Shown: positions 36,576 to 47,105, counted from the stretch's first letter. The stretch: DNA of 64,000 bases from an uncultured bacterium (GCA_903824675.1 CAIJXV010000055.1:39395-103394); one strand, 5' to 3'. A program made the numbers and translations. Notes: generated by a model from the letters alone, not told the origin.

Positions 36576-39500
36576 TTAATAGGCCAAAATCCGATAATAT
36601 CGGTTGGAGACCCCGACACTGGTGGTGTCGACACAACTCATGAGTCCAGTCGTGCCGACGATATTGACACAACCGGGCACATCCGTCCAAGAATTAAGAT
36701 TCGTCAGGGAGGCGGTATACTGAATGGTATAAATCCAGTTGGGGTTCCCGTTCCAGGTAATAACGAAGCCGCTAGGAGAGGAAGTAATCGTGTCGGGTTC
36801 CATGTCGGAGGGGGCGGTTTCCGATGTCGGCAGGGTTAGCAGCAGGAGCCGGTTATGGCCGGTATCGGCGATGCAGAGGAAGCCGTGAGGGTCGAAGGCC
36901 ACGTCCTGCGGGAGACTCAGGGCGGAGGAACTGACCAGCAGTTTCCAGCCGGAGGGAAAGGTCGAACCGATCATGACGCGACTATTATCGTAATCGGCAA
37001 CGGCAATAGCCCCGTTGGTGTTGACTGACATCCCCCAGGAACTCTTAAACCCGCCGTCATTGGTCGCGGAACTCCCGATCCGATCTATATAGTTGCCCGA
37101 CGTGGTAAATCGCCGAATTCGGCTGAATGAATTTGTGCCGACAAAATCGGAGATCAATAGTTGGCCGCTGTTATTTAGGGCGATGCCGCGGGGTGCCCGG
37201 GTTTGATTATCGTTAAATCCGTTTGTGATGATGATCGACCAAACACCTGCTGAAGTGCGTTTCTGAACGCGATTGTTATAAAGATCGGTGACATATAAAT
37301 TGGTGGCGGCATCGATGGCCAGATCGAAGGGACCGCTGAGTTGCCCCGTTCCGGTGCCGGGACCGGCGATCAATGTCCAAGTGTTGGCCGCGCGATTCCA
37401 TCGTTGGACCCGGTCATTGATGGTGTCGGCCACATACAGGTTGGTGGCGCCATCGAGGGCGAGGGCGAGGGGTTGGTTGAATTGCCCCAAGTTGGTTCCG
37501 GCCGAGCCGAGAATGGACCAGGTTCCCGAGGTCGGGCTGTAAATCTGGATCCGATCATTTTCGCTGTCGGCGACATAGAGCCGGTGCATCTTGTCGTACA
37601 CCACGCTGGCGGGTTTGCTGAACTGTCCGCCCCCATTGGTTCCGTAATAGCCGAGGATCGCATATTGGTAGTAGGTGCCCGTCAGGAATGTGGTGATCTC
37701 GTTGGAGACGACCGCACTGACGGACGGAGGTTCGGCCCAGCCGACCACGGGCTTGAAGTCCACCGTATAGGTTCCGGCGCTTAAGGGAACAAAAGATCCG
37801 CTATTGGTCCAAGCTCCGCCCGCGACCCGCCACAAGGCTCCGGAGGCGATGGCATCCGGCGGTTGGAGGGTTACGAAAACTCCCGAAACCATGGTGTAGA
37901 GTCCGGTCCCGACAAAGGGTACGGCATTCGAGAAGGTGACCGTGAAGTTGGCCGGCGAAACATAAGGAACAGCCGCCTGGAATTCAATCGAATGGGTGCC
38001 GAGGGATAGATTGCTGACGGAATTCCCGGTTCCTTGCCAGCCGCCGCCATCGACCCGCCAAGCGGCTCCGAGAGCGATGGCACCTGCGGGTTCAAGGTAC
38101 AATCGGACCGCACTGGTGATCGGCACATAGACGGCGGTCAAGGTGGTTTCTGCCCCTTCGTTGATGGTGACGATGTCCGGAGATGGCTCAATCCAATTGG
38201 TGGCGGTTTGGTAATTAATCAGATGGAGACCGACCGTCAAGTTGCTGGCCGTTGCGCCGCTGGATAACCAAGGTCCGCCATCCACCCTCCATAAGGCGCC
38301 TTGGAGGAGGGCGGCCGCAGGTTGAAGCGTGACGGTCAATCGACCATTTTGAATATAGGTTCGCGTGAAGGTAGCTGTAATCCCGTTGGTCAAGGAAACG
38401 ATTTCATTGGAGGGTGCTGTCCACCCGGTGATGGGCAGATAAGTGATCGAATGGGGCCCCGGTGTGAGGGAGTCGACCGTAACGCCGCTGTCATTCCAGA
38501 TGCCGCCATCGACAGCCCATTGGGCGCCGTTGGCAATTGCCGGGGGCGGGAGCAACGAAATGCGGATACCCGGGGGGGGAATGATGGCCCCTGTTCCGTT
38601 AGCCGTGAAACGGACATTATGACGGAGGAGGGCGGCATGGATCCATTGGTTGGTCCAATCCTTGCGGAATTTGAAGTCCTGTGCTCCGAAGGGTTGATTA
38701 TAATTTCCAAAGGGGAACCGATTGGTATTGGCTTGGCTGTCGTCAAACCGGAAATATTGGCGGAGGTCGGACGCGGAAGCATCGATTGTCCGGTTTAGAT
38801 TGGTCTGGATATCGACGGGGGTTCGCACCGAGGACCAGATCCGGACTTCATCAATGAGGCCGAAGAAACCCTGGCCGAGGCGCACCCAGGAATCGCCGAC
38901 TTGTCCATTGAGCAAAGGTAGATCGACGAAGGTATTGGTCACCTTGTCCTGGGTTCCATTGGTATAGAGGATGAGGGTTCCGCTGCCCGGGTTATAGCTG
39001 GCCGCCAGGTGGGTCCATCGGCCGGCGGCGAAAGGGGTTCCGTTGAGATAATTGGTGGTGCCGAGCGCGGTGTGATATCCGGCATACGGCTGGACGAGAG
39101 CCCCGCTGTTACGGAGACCGAGGACATAGTTCATGGCCACGCTGCCATCGGAGAGGTGCTGAAGGCCACGGCCCAGGATGAGACCGCCCGCTGTATTGCT
39201 GGGATTGACCCAGGCTTCGAGGGTCCAGGTGGTTAGTCGTTGGCTCAGGTTGAGGGGAAGGTCGAGATAATCGTTGGTGGATCCGCCCAGCCAAACGGCC
39301 CGGGAGACGCCGGGATCGATGGCGTCCGCAGGGTTTGTTCCCGCGAGCCATTCCTCATGGTCGGTGAGTCCGTCGTCGTCGGTATCGGTCCAGTCGGGGC
39401 GGGTGCCGAGGGTTTGTTCGAGAAGGTTATTGAGCCCATCCCCGTCACGATCCTCCTGAATATCCAGGACGCCATCCTGATCGGTATCTTCAAAGTTGGG

Positions 39501-42443
39501 ATTCGTTTCCGACCAGTATTCGTAAAGGTTGCTGAGTCCATCGTTGTCGCGATCGCCGTCGGCGCCCTGGGCGCCATCGGCGTTCTTCGGATCGAGCCCA
39601 TTGAGCATTTCCCAGGGATCCGGGAGTCCGTCGCCGTCGGCATCATCTGCATTGCGGGAGTCGATTCCGAGAACATCGGCTACGTCATTGGTGACGAAGA
39701 TGAAATCGCTATTGGTGGTGAGGGCATAACCGAAATCGCCAAAGGTATAGTCTTCGGACGCCGTTCCGAGCAGACCGGATTTGGCCTTGCGGGCGAAATC
39801 CTCGGCCGTTTCGCCGCCGTCGTCGAAGCGGAAATAGGCCAACAGGCCGGCGGCATTTTGGGGGGCGAGATGGCGGCGATAATTTTCGATTTCCACTGCG
39901 GACCGGGCGACGCCCCAGATGCGGACTTCATCGATTGACACGCGGTTGACGAAGGACGCATTGGAATTATGGGCGATCGTGACGGGGTCGATCGAGGCGT
40001 AGAGCCGGCTGGAAATGCCGGGTTCAAAAATCCGTTGGCCGGCGTCGAAAACGCCATTGATATATAGAGAGAGAGAGTTCTGGGCGGGGCTCCAGACGGC
40101 GGCGAGATGGGTCCATTGATTGGACGGAATCGCCGACCCCACCTGGACGTAACGGAAGAGGCTGCTGACGGTGTCGAAGGCGATATGCGGAACGTTATTC
40201 GAAAGATAGAGCCGATAGGTGATCTGGTTGGGCAAGGGGCCGGGGTTATCGATCAGCCAGCCGGTGCAATTCGTTCCATCCAATTTGACATAACATTCGA
40301 GAGTCCACGCATCCCGGTGGAGCAGGGGACTGTAGCCGCGGCTGGGGGTTCCTTCGGGATCGGGAATTGCAATACCACTGGTGGACGTAATTCGCGCCGC
40401 CCGGCGAATAAAGGGCGACATGGAATGGACGGGACTGCTGGGTTCGGCCCAGCCCAGGTATTCAGACCGGATTTCGACGTCATCCGGGATACCGTCATCG
40501 TCCGTATCGGTCCCATAATCAACGCCGAAACTGCGGGTGGGGCGGGCGGCTCCGAGAGTACCATTGGAAGGCGAAACGGAGATGGAAGACCAATAATTGG
40601 CCGGAATATAGGGGCGTATGATACCGGGTCCGGAGCCGGTGCTGTCCGGACGCCAGTTGTGTTCGTTGGGATTGGTTTCGTCTCCGGACCCGTTGATGTA
40701 GGGTTTGACGGTATTACGGTAACCATCCTGGCCGGTATATTCTTCCGTGTTGAGCAAACCATCGAAATCGGGGTCGCCCCAGAAACCATCGGGATTGATG
40801 ATCCAGGTGAAGCCATTCCAGATAATGTCAGCGCCACTCCGGGGGTTGAGATTGAATTCGACCTCCCAGCCGTCGGGGAGCAGATCGCCATCCGTATCCC
40901 AGCCATCCGAGCCTTTGAGCGGATAATCGGATTCGTGGCCGCTGCCATGGGTTGGATCGGTCCAGTCATTATTGCGCAGGTTGACAAGGGTTCCGGTTGA
41001 CAGGGTGGTGTAATTGGTCGCGCCGAGGTTGAGGGAGACGGTCAGGGCGCGCAGGCCATTGGCGTCGATTCGGGGAAGGGCGGTGGTGCCCTTACTCCAG
41101 ATATCGTTAACGCCGCCTTCTTCCAAGGTATCCAAAAGGCATTGCTCGCGGTAGGCGGTGAGGCCGTCTTCGTCCTGATCGGCGCTTAACGAGCCTGCGG
41201 TATATGGATCGATGCCGTTGGACGGGTCGTACCAGGCGACTTCAAAGCTGTCCAACAGGCCGTCGCCATCGGTATCGAAGTTGAGCGGATTGAGACTGTC
41301 GGTGCTGGTGTTATCCACGGCGATTCCCGTGGACTTGGAGGGGTCCTGTTTCAGGCGGGGCTTATTGTCGATTCCGAGGTATTCATGGAGGTTGATCAAC
41401 CCGTCGCCATCCGCATCCCCAAAGCCATCGGCGACATCGGGGGTAAGTCCGGTACCATTGGCATAATGGTCGTATTCCCATTTATCGTCCATCCCGTCGG
41501 CATCGGAGTCAAAAAGCGCGGGGGAGAGTCGATTGGTCATGCCGGCGGCATAGAGGTCGTATTCTTTCTGGTTGGAAAGGCCGTCATTATCGTAGTCCTC
41601 ATCGCCCGTATGGGTGAGATTGCCGAAAAACGTCAGTTCCCAGGAGTCCAGAAGTTTATCGCCATCACTATCGAGGATAATATTGGGCAGGTAATTACGG
41701 GTCAGGGCAAGGGGAATCCCACTGATCATGGAAATGGGTTCATTGGAGGGGGAAATCCAAAGCGGCACAGACTGATAGGCTATGGCATGGGCACCGGCGG
41801 CGACCGTATTGGTCGTACCACTGGCCAACCAGGGACCGCCATCGATACTCCAGCGGGCACCGGCCGTACGGGCAGCGGCCGGTTCCAGGGTAATGGAAAG
41901 GTCGGCGACCGCTGGGGTATAAGAACGGGTGAGGGTCAGGCTTCCCGCTTCCAACATGGTCACGGACTCACTGGCGGGTGCATCCCAGCCCGCGGCGGGT
42001 TTGAAATCGATCAGGTGTGCCCCGACGCTGATATTGGAGACGGTGGTCCCTCCGTCCAGCCAGATGCCGCCATCCAGGCGCCACTGGGCGCCCGCGGCGA
42101 TGGCGGTCGGCGGATCGAGAATGACTCGTAAACTCCCGTTTTGCTGATAAGTTCGGATCAGCGTGACGGCGACGCCATTGACGAGGGGTAGGGTCTCATT
42201 GGTGGGAGCGCTCCAATTGAGGATGGGCTTGAAGGAGAGCAGATGGTTCCCCGGAGTGAGGTTTTGGAGGGTTACCCCATTATTTTCCCAATCGCCGCCA
42301 TCCAGGGTCCATTGTGCGCCGTCCAGCCGGGCTTGGTCGGGTTGGAGGAGGACCCGGAGAGAGGGGGGGGGATAAAGGCCCCGGGCTCGACAAAATCGAC
42401 ATTGCCGTTGAACCGGCCGGCATGAAACCAGGCGTTGGACCAA
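36576..42443 (-). CDS. C-terminal part of giant LamG/TSP3-like/NHL surface protein (frame continues from 42272-45889 at the C9 tract)
   Basis: GA.W.xDGG repeats, DxDxDG Ca-binding repeats, two LamG domains (WTLE.., IDEVRIW, YFRFDD), NHL propeller, C-terminal ..NRYYRILAY; no credible own start. Confidence 0.85.
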   Translation of the reverse strand: MVQRLVSCRPVQRQCRFCRARGLYPPPSLRVLLQPDQARLDGAQWTLDGGDWENNGVTLQNLTPGNHLLSFKPILNWSAPTNETLPLVNGVAVTLIRTYQQNGSLRVILDPPTAIAAGAQWRLDGGIWLDGGTTVSNISVGAHLIDFKPAAGWDAPASESVTMLEAGSLTLTRSYTPAVADLSITLEPAAARTAGARWSIDGGPWLASGTTNTVAAGAHAIAYQSVPLWISPSNEPISMISGIPLALTRNYLPNIILDSDGDKLLDSWELTFFGNLTHTGDEDYDNDGLSNQKEYDLYAAGMTNRLSPALFDSDADGMDDKWEYDHYANGTGLTPDVADGFGDADGDGLINLHEYLGIDNKPRLKQDPSKSTGIAVDNTSTDSLNPLNFDTDGDGLLDSFEVAWYDPSNGIDPYTAGSLSADQDEDGLTAYREQCLLDTLEEGGVNDIWSKGTTALPRIDANGLRALTVSLNLGATNYTTLSTGTLVNLRNNDWTDPTHGSGHESDYPLKGSDGWDTDGDLLPDGWEVEFNLNPRSGADIIWNGFTWIINPDGFWGDPDFDGLLNTEEYTGQDGYRNTVKPYINGSGDETNPNEHNWRPDSTGSGPGIIRPYIPANYWSSISVSPSNGTLGAARPTRSFGVDYGTDTDDDGIPDDVEIRSEYLGWAEPSSPVHSMSPFIRRAARITSTSGIAIPDPEGTPSRGYSPLLHRDAWTLECYVKLDGTNCTGWLIDNPGPLPNQITYRLYLSNNVPHIAFDTVSSLFRYVQVGSAIPSNQWTHLAAVWSPAQNSLSLYINGVFDAGQRIFEPGISSRLYASIDPVTIAHNSNASFVNRVSIDEVRIWGVARSAVEIENYRRHLAPQNAAGLLAYFRFDDGGETAEDFARKAKSGLLGTASEDYTFGDFGYALTTNSDFIFVTNDVADVLGIDSRNADDADGDGLPDPWEMLNGLDPKNADGAQGADGDRDNDGLSNLYEYWSETNPNFEDTDQDGVLDIQEDRDGDGLNNLLEQTLGTRPDWTDTDDDGLTDHEEWLAGTNPADAIDPGVSRAVWLGGSTNDYLDLPLNLSQRLTTWTLEAWVNPSNTAGGLILGRGLQHLSDGSVAMNYVLGLRNSGALVQPYAGYHTALGTTNYLNGTPFAAGRWTHLAASYNPGSGTLILYTNGTQDKVTNTFVDLPLLNGQVGDSWVRLGQGFFGLIDEVRIWSSVRTPVDIQTNLNRTIDASASDLRQYFRFDDSQANTNRFPFGNYNQPFGAQDFKFRKDWTNQWIHAALLRHNVRFTANGTGAIIPPPGIRISLLPPPAIANGAQWAVDGGIWNDSGVTVDSLTPGPHSITYLPITGWTAPSNEIVSLTNGITATFTRTYIQNGRLTVTLQPAAALLQGALWRVDGGPWLSSGATASNLTVGLHLINYQTATNWIEPSPDIVTINEGAETTLTAVYVPITSAVRLYLEPAGAIALGAAWRVDGGGWQGTGNSVSNLSLGTHSIEFQAAVPYVSPANFTVTFSNAVPFVGTGLYTMVSGVFVTLQPPDAIASGALWRVAGGAWTNSGSFVPLSAGTYTVDFKPVVGWAEPPSVSAVVSNEITTFLTGTYYQYAILGYYGTNGGGQFSKPASVVYDKMHRLYVADSENDRIQIYSPTSGTWSILGSAGTNLGQFNQPLALALDGATNLYVADTINDRVQRWNRAANTWTLIAGPGTGTGQLSGPFDLAIDAATNLYVTDLYNNRVQKRTSAGVWSIIITNGFNDNQTRAPRGIALNNSGQLLISDFVGTNSFSRIRRFTTSGNYIDRIGSSATNDGGFKSSWGMSVNTNGAIAVADYDNSRVMIGSTFPSGWKLLVSSSALSLPQDVAFDPHGFLCIADTGHNRLLLLTLPTSETAPSDMEPDTITSSPSGFVITWNGNPNWIYTIQYTASLTNLNSWTDVPGCVNIVGTTGLMSCVDTTSVGVSNRYYRILAY

Positions 42444-45400
42444 TCGCCCGGATAGACGAAGTCCTGGGCGGACTGGGGCTGATGAAAGGCATCAAAGGGG
42501 AAGACGTTGGTCGTTGCCTGTCCATCGTCGAAGCGGAAGTAATGAATCAACCCGGTGGGGAGTGTATCCAGGAGCAACCGATAACTGGCCGCGATTTCGC
42601 CTGCGGACCGGGCAAAGTTCCAGATACGAATTTCGTCGAGTTGTCCGGCGAATCCTTCACCGATGCGGACGAACGTTTCCCCGCCCTTGCCATTGATAGG
42701 GGGGTCAATGGCGAAGCTATTGGTGAGAGCCACCGCGGAGGCGTTGGTATAGAGAACCAGAGTGGCAGCGTGATTGTTGTAGGTGGCGGCGAGGTGGGTC
42801 CATGTCCCCGTGGGCACGGTTCCACCGCGGAGGATATAGGATGCGCCACTGCTCAATACATAACCGGCATAGGGCCGAAGGGTGCTGCCGTTTGTTTCGA
42901 GGCCGAGGACAAAGGTCATGCCATAATTGTTGCCCCCGCCGATGGCCTGGACCGTCCGGCGCACGATGATGCCGTCCCCATCGACCGCATTGGACGGGTT
43001 AACCCAGGCTTCAAGTGTCCAACTTCGAAGGCGTTGGGCGTACGATTGGGGAATGGTCATGTAATCATTGGACCCCCCGCCGAGGGTGAGGGCGCGGGAG
43101 ACACTTCGGTCGAGAGGATTCACGGGGTTGGTGCCGGCGCTCTGTTCGATATTGTCGGGATCCCCGTCATCATCCGTATCCTTAAGGTTGGGGCGACTAC
43201 CGAGATCTTGTTCGGTGATATTGGCGACGTTGTCGCCATCGAAATCCTCATTACCATCGAGGACACCGTCCCCATCGGTATCTTCGGCATTGGGGTTGGT
43301 TTGAGACCAATATTCGTAAATATTCGAGAGCCCGTCCTTGTCGGGGTCGCCTTGCGCCCCGTCAGGTCCGTCGGCGGAGAGGGGATTTAAATGGTGGATG
43401 ACTTCCCAGGCGTCAGGCAAGCCGTCCCCGTCCGAGTCATCCGATCCATCGGCATCGACTCCGCGAATAGGCGCCGCGGTATTGGTGACGAACTGGAAAT
43501 TATTGGTGGCCAAAGCATAACCGAAATCGCCGAAGGTATAGTCTTCAGATGTTGCGTTCAGGAGGCCGGTCTTGGCTTTCCGGGCAAAATCCTCGGCGGA
43601 TGAACCTCCGTCATCAAAGCGATAATAGGCGAGCAGGTTGGGACTTTTTTGGGGGACCAGTCGGGTCCGATACATTTCGAGTTCTTCAGCGGTCCGGGGG
43701 GCGCCCCAGATGCGGACCTCGTCCAGATAGACTTTATTGATAAACGAGGCATCGCTTGCAGCGCCGAGCGCGAGGGGCGTGGGCGTGCTGAAGAGTCTTG
43801 ACGAAAGGGCTTCCTGAAAGACGAGTGTTTGTTGGACAAAGATGCCGTCGACGTAGAGCGAGAGGCTGTTGGATGCGTAGTTCCACACGCCGGCGAGATG
43901 AATCCACTGATTGGTGGGCAATGGCAAGCCGATGGCGGAATACAAGGGAAAGGCCCCGCCGACCCGATGAAAGCTGATCATGGGGGTGTTATTGGTCAGC
44001 GAAAGGCGATAGACAATCGAAGCCCCGCCGACGGTGGGCCGGGTGTGATTGATGAGGTAACCGGTGCAATTGGTGGCCATCAGTTTGACCTGGCATTCGA
44101 CCGTCCAATCGCGTCTGTGCAACAGGGGACTGTAGCCTTGAGTGGTTCCCTCGGGGTCGGGAATGGTGATGCCGGATGCGGCGGTGAGAAGAATGGCGCG
44201 GTGGATGAACGGGTCGGTGGAGTGGACCGGACTGGATCCACGGCCAAGTCCGAGATAGGCGGCCCAGATTTCATCGCTGTCGGACAGTCCGTCGTCATCC
44301 GAGTCGGTTCCAGGATCAACCCCCAGGCTGGTGGTGGGAAGGGCTGCGCCGAGGGTGCCGAAGGCGGGGGAGGCATCAGCGGTATTCCACCAGTTCGAGG
44401 CGATGGAAGGACGGCTGGTGCCGGGACCGGAAGCCGTGCTCATAGGCCGCCAGTTGTGTTCGTTGGGACTGGTTTCATCACCCGTGCCGTTGATATAGGG
44501 GAGGGCGAGCGACCGATTGCCGTCCTGACCGAGATATTCTTCGATGTTGACCAGTTGATCTTTATCGCGATCACCCCAGAAACCGTAATCGTTCACCACC
44601 CCATTGGTGAGTGAGTCTCCGCTCTTGGGATCCAAATTAAACTCGACTTCCCAGCCATCGGGAAGCAGGTCGTCGTCGGTGTCATGGCCGGGTTGAGGCG
44701 ACTCATCATAACTCGATCCATCGGTGGGGTCGGTCCAGGCATTATTTCGGAAGGTGTCGATGCCTGCCCAAATGGTGGGATTGCTGGCCCCCAGGCTGAG
44801 GGGAGGATTGAAGGCCCGTAGTCCATTGATGTCGATGATGGGCAGAGAACTGGCCGCGCCCACCGTCCACAGGTCATTGACACCGCCCTGACGCAAGGCG
44901 GGGAGCAAACACATTTCCCGGAAATTACTCAATCCATCGAGGTCGGGGTCTGCGGCGGGATTTCCCGGGGACCGGGGATCGATTCCGCTCGCCGTGTCGT
45001 ACCAGGTGGCTTCGAAGCTGTCGATCAGGGTATCGTTGTCGGTGTCAACATCGATGGGGTTGATATCGTCCGTACTGCCGGTGATGAGGGCGATTTGGCC
45101 TGAAAGCGACGGATTTCTTTTCCGGGGCGGGATGCCGTCGACGCCGTTGTATTCCTGAAGATTGGTCAAGCCGTCGCCATCGGCGTCGGCTTGGGCATCG
45201 GCGGTGATGGGGTCCAATCCCGTTCCGAACGCGTAATAGCTGTATTCCCAGCCGTCATCCATGAGGTCGCCATCGCTGTCCCACTTAATGGGGCTGAGCA
45301 TCGTCAGGGGCGGCGAGAAGGCCAGGTTCCGGCTGATGTCGTATTCCTGCTTATCGGTCAGTCCGTCATTGTCGTAATCGCCAGCTCCAGCCGAGGTCTC

Positions 45401-45889
45401 GAGGTCACCAAACCAATAGACCTCCCACCAATCGGGAATGCCGTCATTATCGGAATCGTCGGTGATGGTAACCGTCAATCCCAATATATCGTTACTGGTC
45501 AGGTTGATGGCTTGCGGCGGGCTCAAGGGTTCGCCGAGATCGTGGGCACCATTGTTATTACCGTCCACCCAGGCGGACAGGGAATAGGTTCCACTGGTCG
45601 CAGAAAACGTGAAGGCATGGTAGGAATTCAGGGCAAACGGCAGGGATGACGTGGACGACAGGCCGGATGAAAAACCGGGCGTGCCGAGGATTTCACTGCC
45701 TTGATTCCAGAGGCCGACATAAATCTGGCCGGCACCCGTGCCGTCACCAGGCGGAGTTAACCCGGTATTGCTCCAAGTCGACCGGTTGCGCACATTACCC
45801 GACAGGGACTGGGCGGAGGCCGATGCGCCGGGCCAAAGCCAGGCGCCGACACAACACGCCATCCCCAGTGCGAGGAGGCTTTTTTTCAT
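42272..45889 (-). CDS. N-terminal part of giant LamG/TSP3-like surface protein
   Basis: Signal peptide (..ASASA), DxDxDG repeats, two LamG domains; homology to the second repeat stops at GAFIPPP. Confidence 0.85.
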   Translation of the reverse strand: MKKSLLALGMACCVGAWLWPGASASAQSLSGNVRNRSTWSNTGLTPPGDGTGAGQIYVGLWNQGSEILGTPGFSSGLSSTSSLPFALNSYHAFTFSATSGTYSLSAWVDGNNNGAHDLGEPLSPPQAINLTSNDILGLTVTITDDSDNDGIPDWWEVYWFGDLETSAGAGDYDNDGLTDKQEYDISRNLAFSPPLTMLSPIKWDSDGDLMDDGWEYSYYAFGTGLDPITADAQADADGDGLTNLQEYNGVDGIPPRKRNPSLSGQIALITGSTDDINPIDVDTDNDTLIDSFEATWYDTASGIDPRSPGNPAADPDLDGLSNFREMCLLPALRQGGVNDLWTVGAASSLPIIDINGLRAFNPPLSLGASNPTIWAGIDTFRNNAWTDPTDGSSYDESPQPGHDTDDDLLPDGWEVEFNLDPKSGDSLTNGVVNDYGFWGDRDKDQLVNIEEYLGQDGNRSLALPYINGTGDETSPNEHNWRPMSTASGPGTSRPSIASNWWNTADASPAFGTLGAALPTTSLGVDPGTDSDDDGLSDSDEIWAAYLGLGRGSSPVHSTDPFIHRAILLTAASGITIPDPEGTTQGYSPLLHRRDWTVECQVKLMATNCTGYLINHTRPTVGGASIVYRLSLTNNTPMISFHRVGGAFPLYSAIGLPLPTNQWIHLAGVWNYASNSLSLYVDGIFVQQTLVFQEALSSRLFSTPTPLALGAASDASFINKVYLDEVRIWGAPRTAEELEMYRTRLVPQKSPNLLAYYRFDDGGSSAEDFARKAKTGLLNATSEDYTFGDFGYALATNNFQFVTNTAAPIRGVDADGSDDSDGDGLPDAWEVIHHLNPLSADGPDGAQGDPDKDGLSNIYEYWSQTNPNAEDTDGDGVLDGNEDFDGDNVANITEQDLGSRPNLKDTDDDGDPDNIEQSAGTNPVNPLDRSVSRALTLGGGSNDYMTIPQSYAQRLRSWTLEAWVNPSNAVDGDGIIVRRTVQAIGGGNNYGMTFVLGLETNGSTLRPYAGYVLSSGASYILRGGTVPTGTWTHLAATYNNHAATLVLYTNASAVALTNSFAIDPPINGKGGETFVRIGEGFAGQLDEIRIWNFARSAGEIAASYRLLLDTLPTGLIHYFRFDDGQATTNVFPFDAFHQPQSAQDFVYPGDWSNAWFHAGRFNGNVDFVEPGAFIPPPLSGSSSNPTKPGWTAHNGPWMAAIGKIMG
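42363..42371 (-). repeat. C9 homopolymer (G9 on + strand) at the frameshift
   Basis: + strand GA-GGGGGGGGG-ATAAAGGCC; the reading frame switches here. Confidence 0.9.
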
Positions 45890-45901
45890 AGAGGGGGCAT
45901 C

Positions 45902-46555
45902 CTAGGGTTGCTTAACCAACGCGATGGCCGTATTGCCAAGATCATCCACAATCGTAATCGAGTTGTCTCCGGGAGCGAGACGTTGATAGACTTCGGTGCT
46001 CGAATCCACTGGAGGATTGAGCATTTTTCCGAGAGAAGCGTCGCTGACGGTCCACGTAAAGGGCGCGGTTCCACCGGTGACCGTGAAGGTCGCGAGATCT
46101 CCGTAATTTTCAAGGGTTACGGTGGAAGGGGTGACTGCCATCGCCACGGGCGAGGCCGTGATTTCAGCCGAGACCGCCTGGCCTTTGGAATCATGAACAA
46201 CGACACTGTTGGCGCTGACTGATGCGACCGTGTAGATGGTCTGGCTGCCCGTCACGGGGCTGACCGAGCCGACGGCAGGGAGGGCCACGCTCCAAGTGAA
46301 CGGGGCGGTCCCTTCTGAAACGCGGAAATTGACCTGTTGTCCGATGAAGGTGACGGTTGCCTTGGTTGGAGTAACGACCAAAATTCCGGGTTGGATGGGC
46401 TCGCGGGTTTGATTTTCAAGGGGATTCTGGCTGAAATAATTATCGGTTCCATCGGTATTGGGGTCGCTGGTGTCACAGCCCGGCCCGGTCATTAAAAATA
46501 ACGCCACTCCGGCAACTTGAAGACTACGAATCACCCAACTGATTTTCTTGTTCAT
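45902..46555 (-). CDS. Lipoprotein with two Ig-like (Big_2-like) repeats
   Basis: Lipobox-like GPGC; two repeats VTP....T...F.V..GTAPFTW.V. Confidence 0.7.
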   Translation of the reverse strand: MNKKISWVIRSLQVAGVALFLMTGPGCDTSDPNTDGTDNYFSQNPLENQTREPIQPGILVVTPTKATVTFIGQQVNFRVSEGTAPFTWSVALPAVGSVSPVTGSQTIYTVASVSANSVVVHDSKGQAVSAEITASPVAMAVTPSTVTLENYGDLATFTVTGGTAPFTWTVSDASLGKMLNPPVDSSTEVYQRLAPGDNSITIVDDLGNTAIALVKQP

Positions 46556-46640
46556 GCGGATCTCTCCCCGATTTTAGTAGGACACCGACAATGGCTGATA
46601 TTTGATCGCTACGCGCACAGGAGTGCGCTTGCGAGCAGGA

Positions 46641-47105
46641 TCACCGGCTTTGAGCCTCCAGAGGATTAAGCTTGATGTTTTTTTCGGCAATGGAAGCGAC
46701 TTTCCAACGATATTTAAAATCGGGCGTGGCCGCATCGACGATGCTGCCTTCTTCCACGACCCGTCCGTTGATGACGGCGAAAAAAGTGGGGTGCCCGGTT
46801 TTTTTGTCGATGCCAACCCGGCTGATTCCCTGAACTTTAAGCAGTTTGCGGGCCGCATCCCATTGGGGTTCCTTGGGTGAAGGGGGAAGCGTGTCGGCGG
46901 TGGTGCCGGTGGAATTAACCGCGAAAGAAATAACCGGAGCGGGGACGGGATTGGAAGGGACATAGCTGACCGGCCAAAAAGGATCCCGCAGGCGGGTGGC
47001 TGGGGTGATGACCACGATTCCCGCCGGTGCTGCATCATCCGCCCGGACCGGCAGGCTGAAAACCACGGAAAGGGCTACGCAGGTGAAAAGGAGGGATGTT
47101 TTCAT
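46641..47105 (-). CDS. PilP-like assembly protein
   Basis: Signal peptide, LRDPFWP motif, V.GI...A.INGR.V..G; ATGA-coupled to pilO (start 47105). Confidence 0.65.
   Translation of the reverse strand: MKTSLLFTCVALSVVFSLPVRADDAAPAGIVVITPATRLRDPFWPVSYVPSNPVPAPVISFAVNSTGTTADTLPPSPKEPQWDAARKLLKVQGISRVGIDKKTGHPTFFAVINGRVVEEGSIVDAATPDFKYRWKVASIAEKNIKLNPLEAQSR

Noticed and set aside
42272-42443. Two genuinely separate overlapping genes
   Set aside because: The downstream ORF's first ~25 aa and the upstream ORF's last ~29 aa are non-homologous; the internal repeat shows continuity across the C tract.
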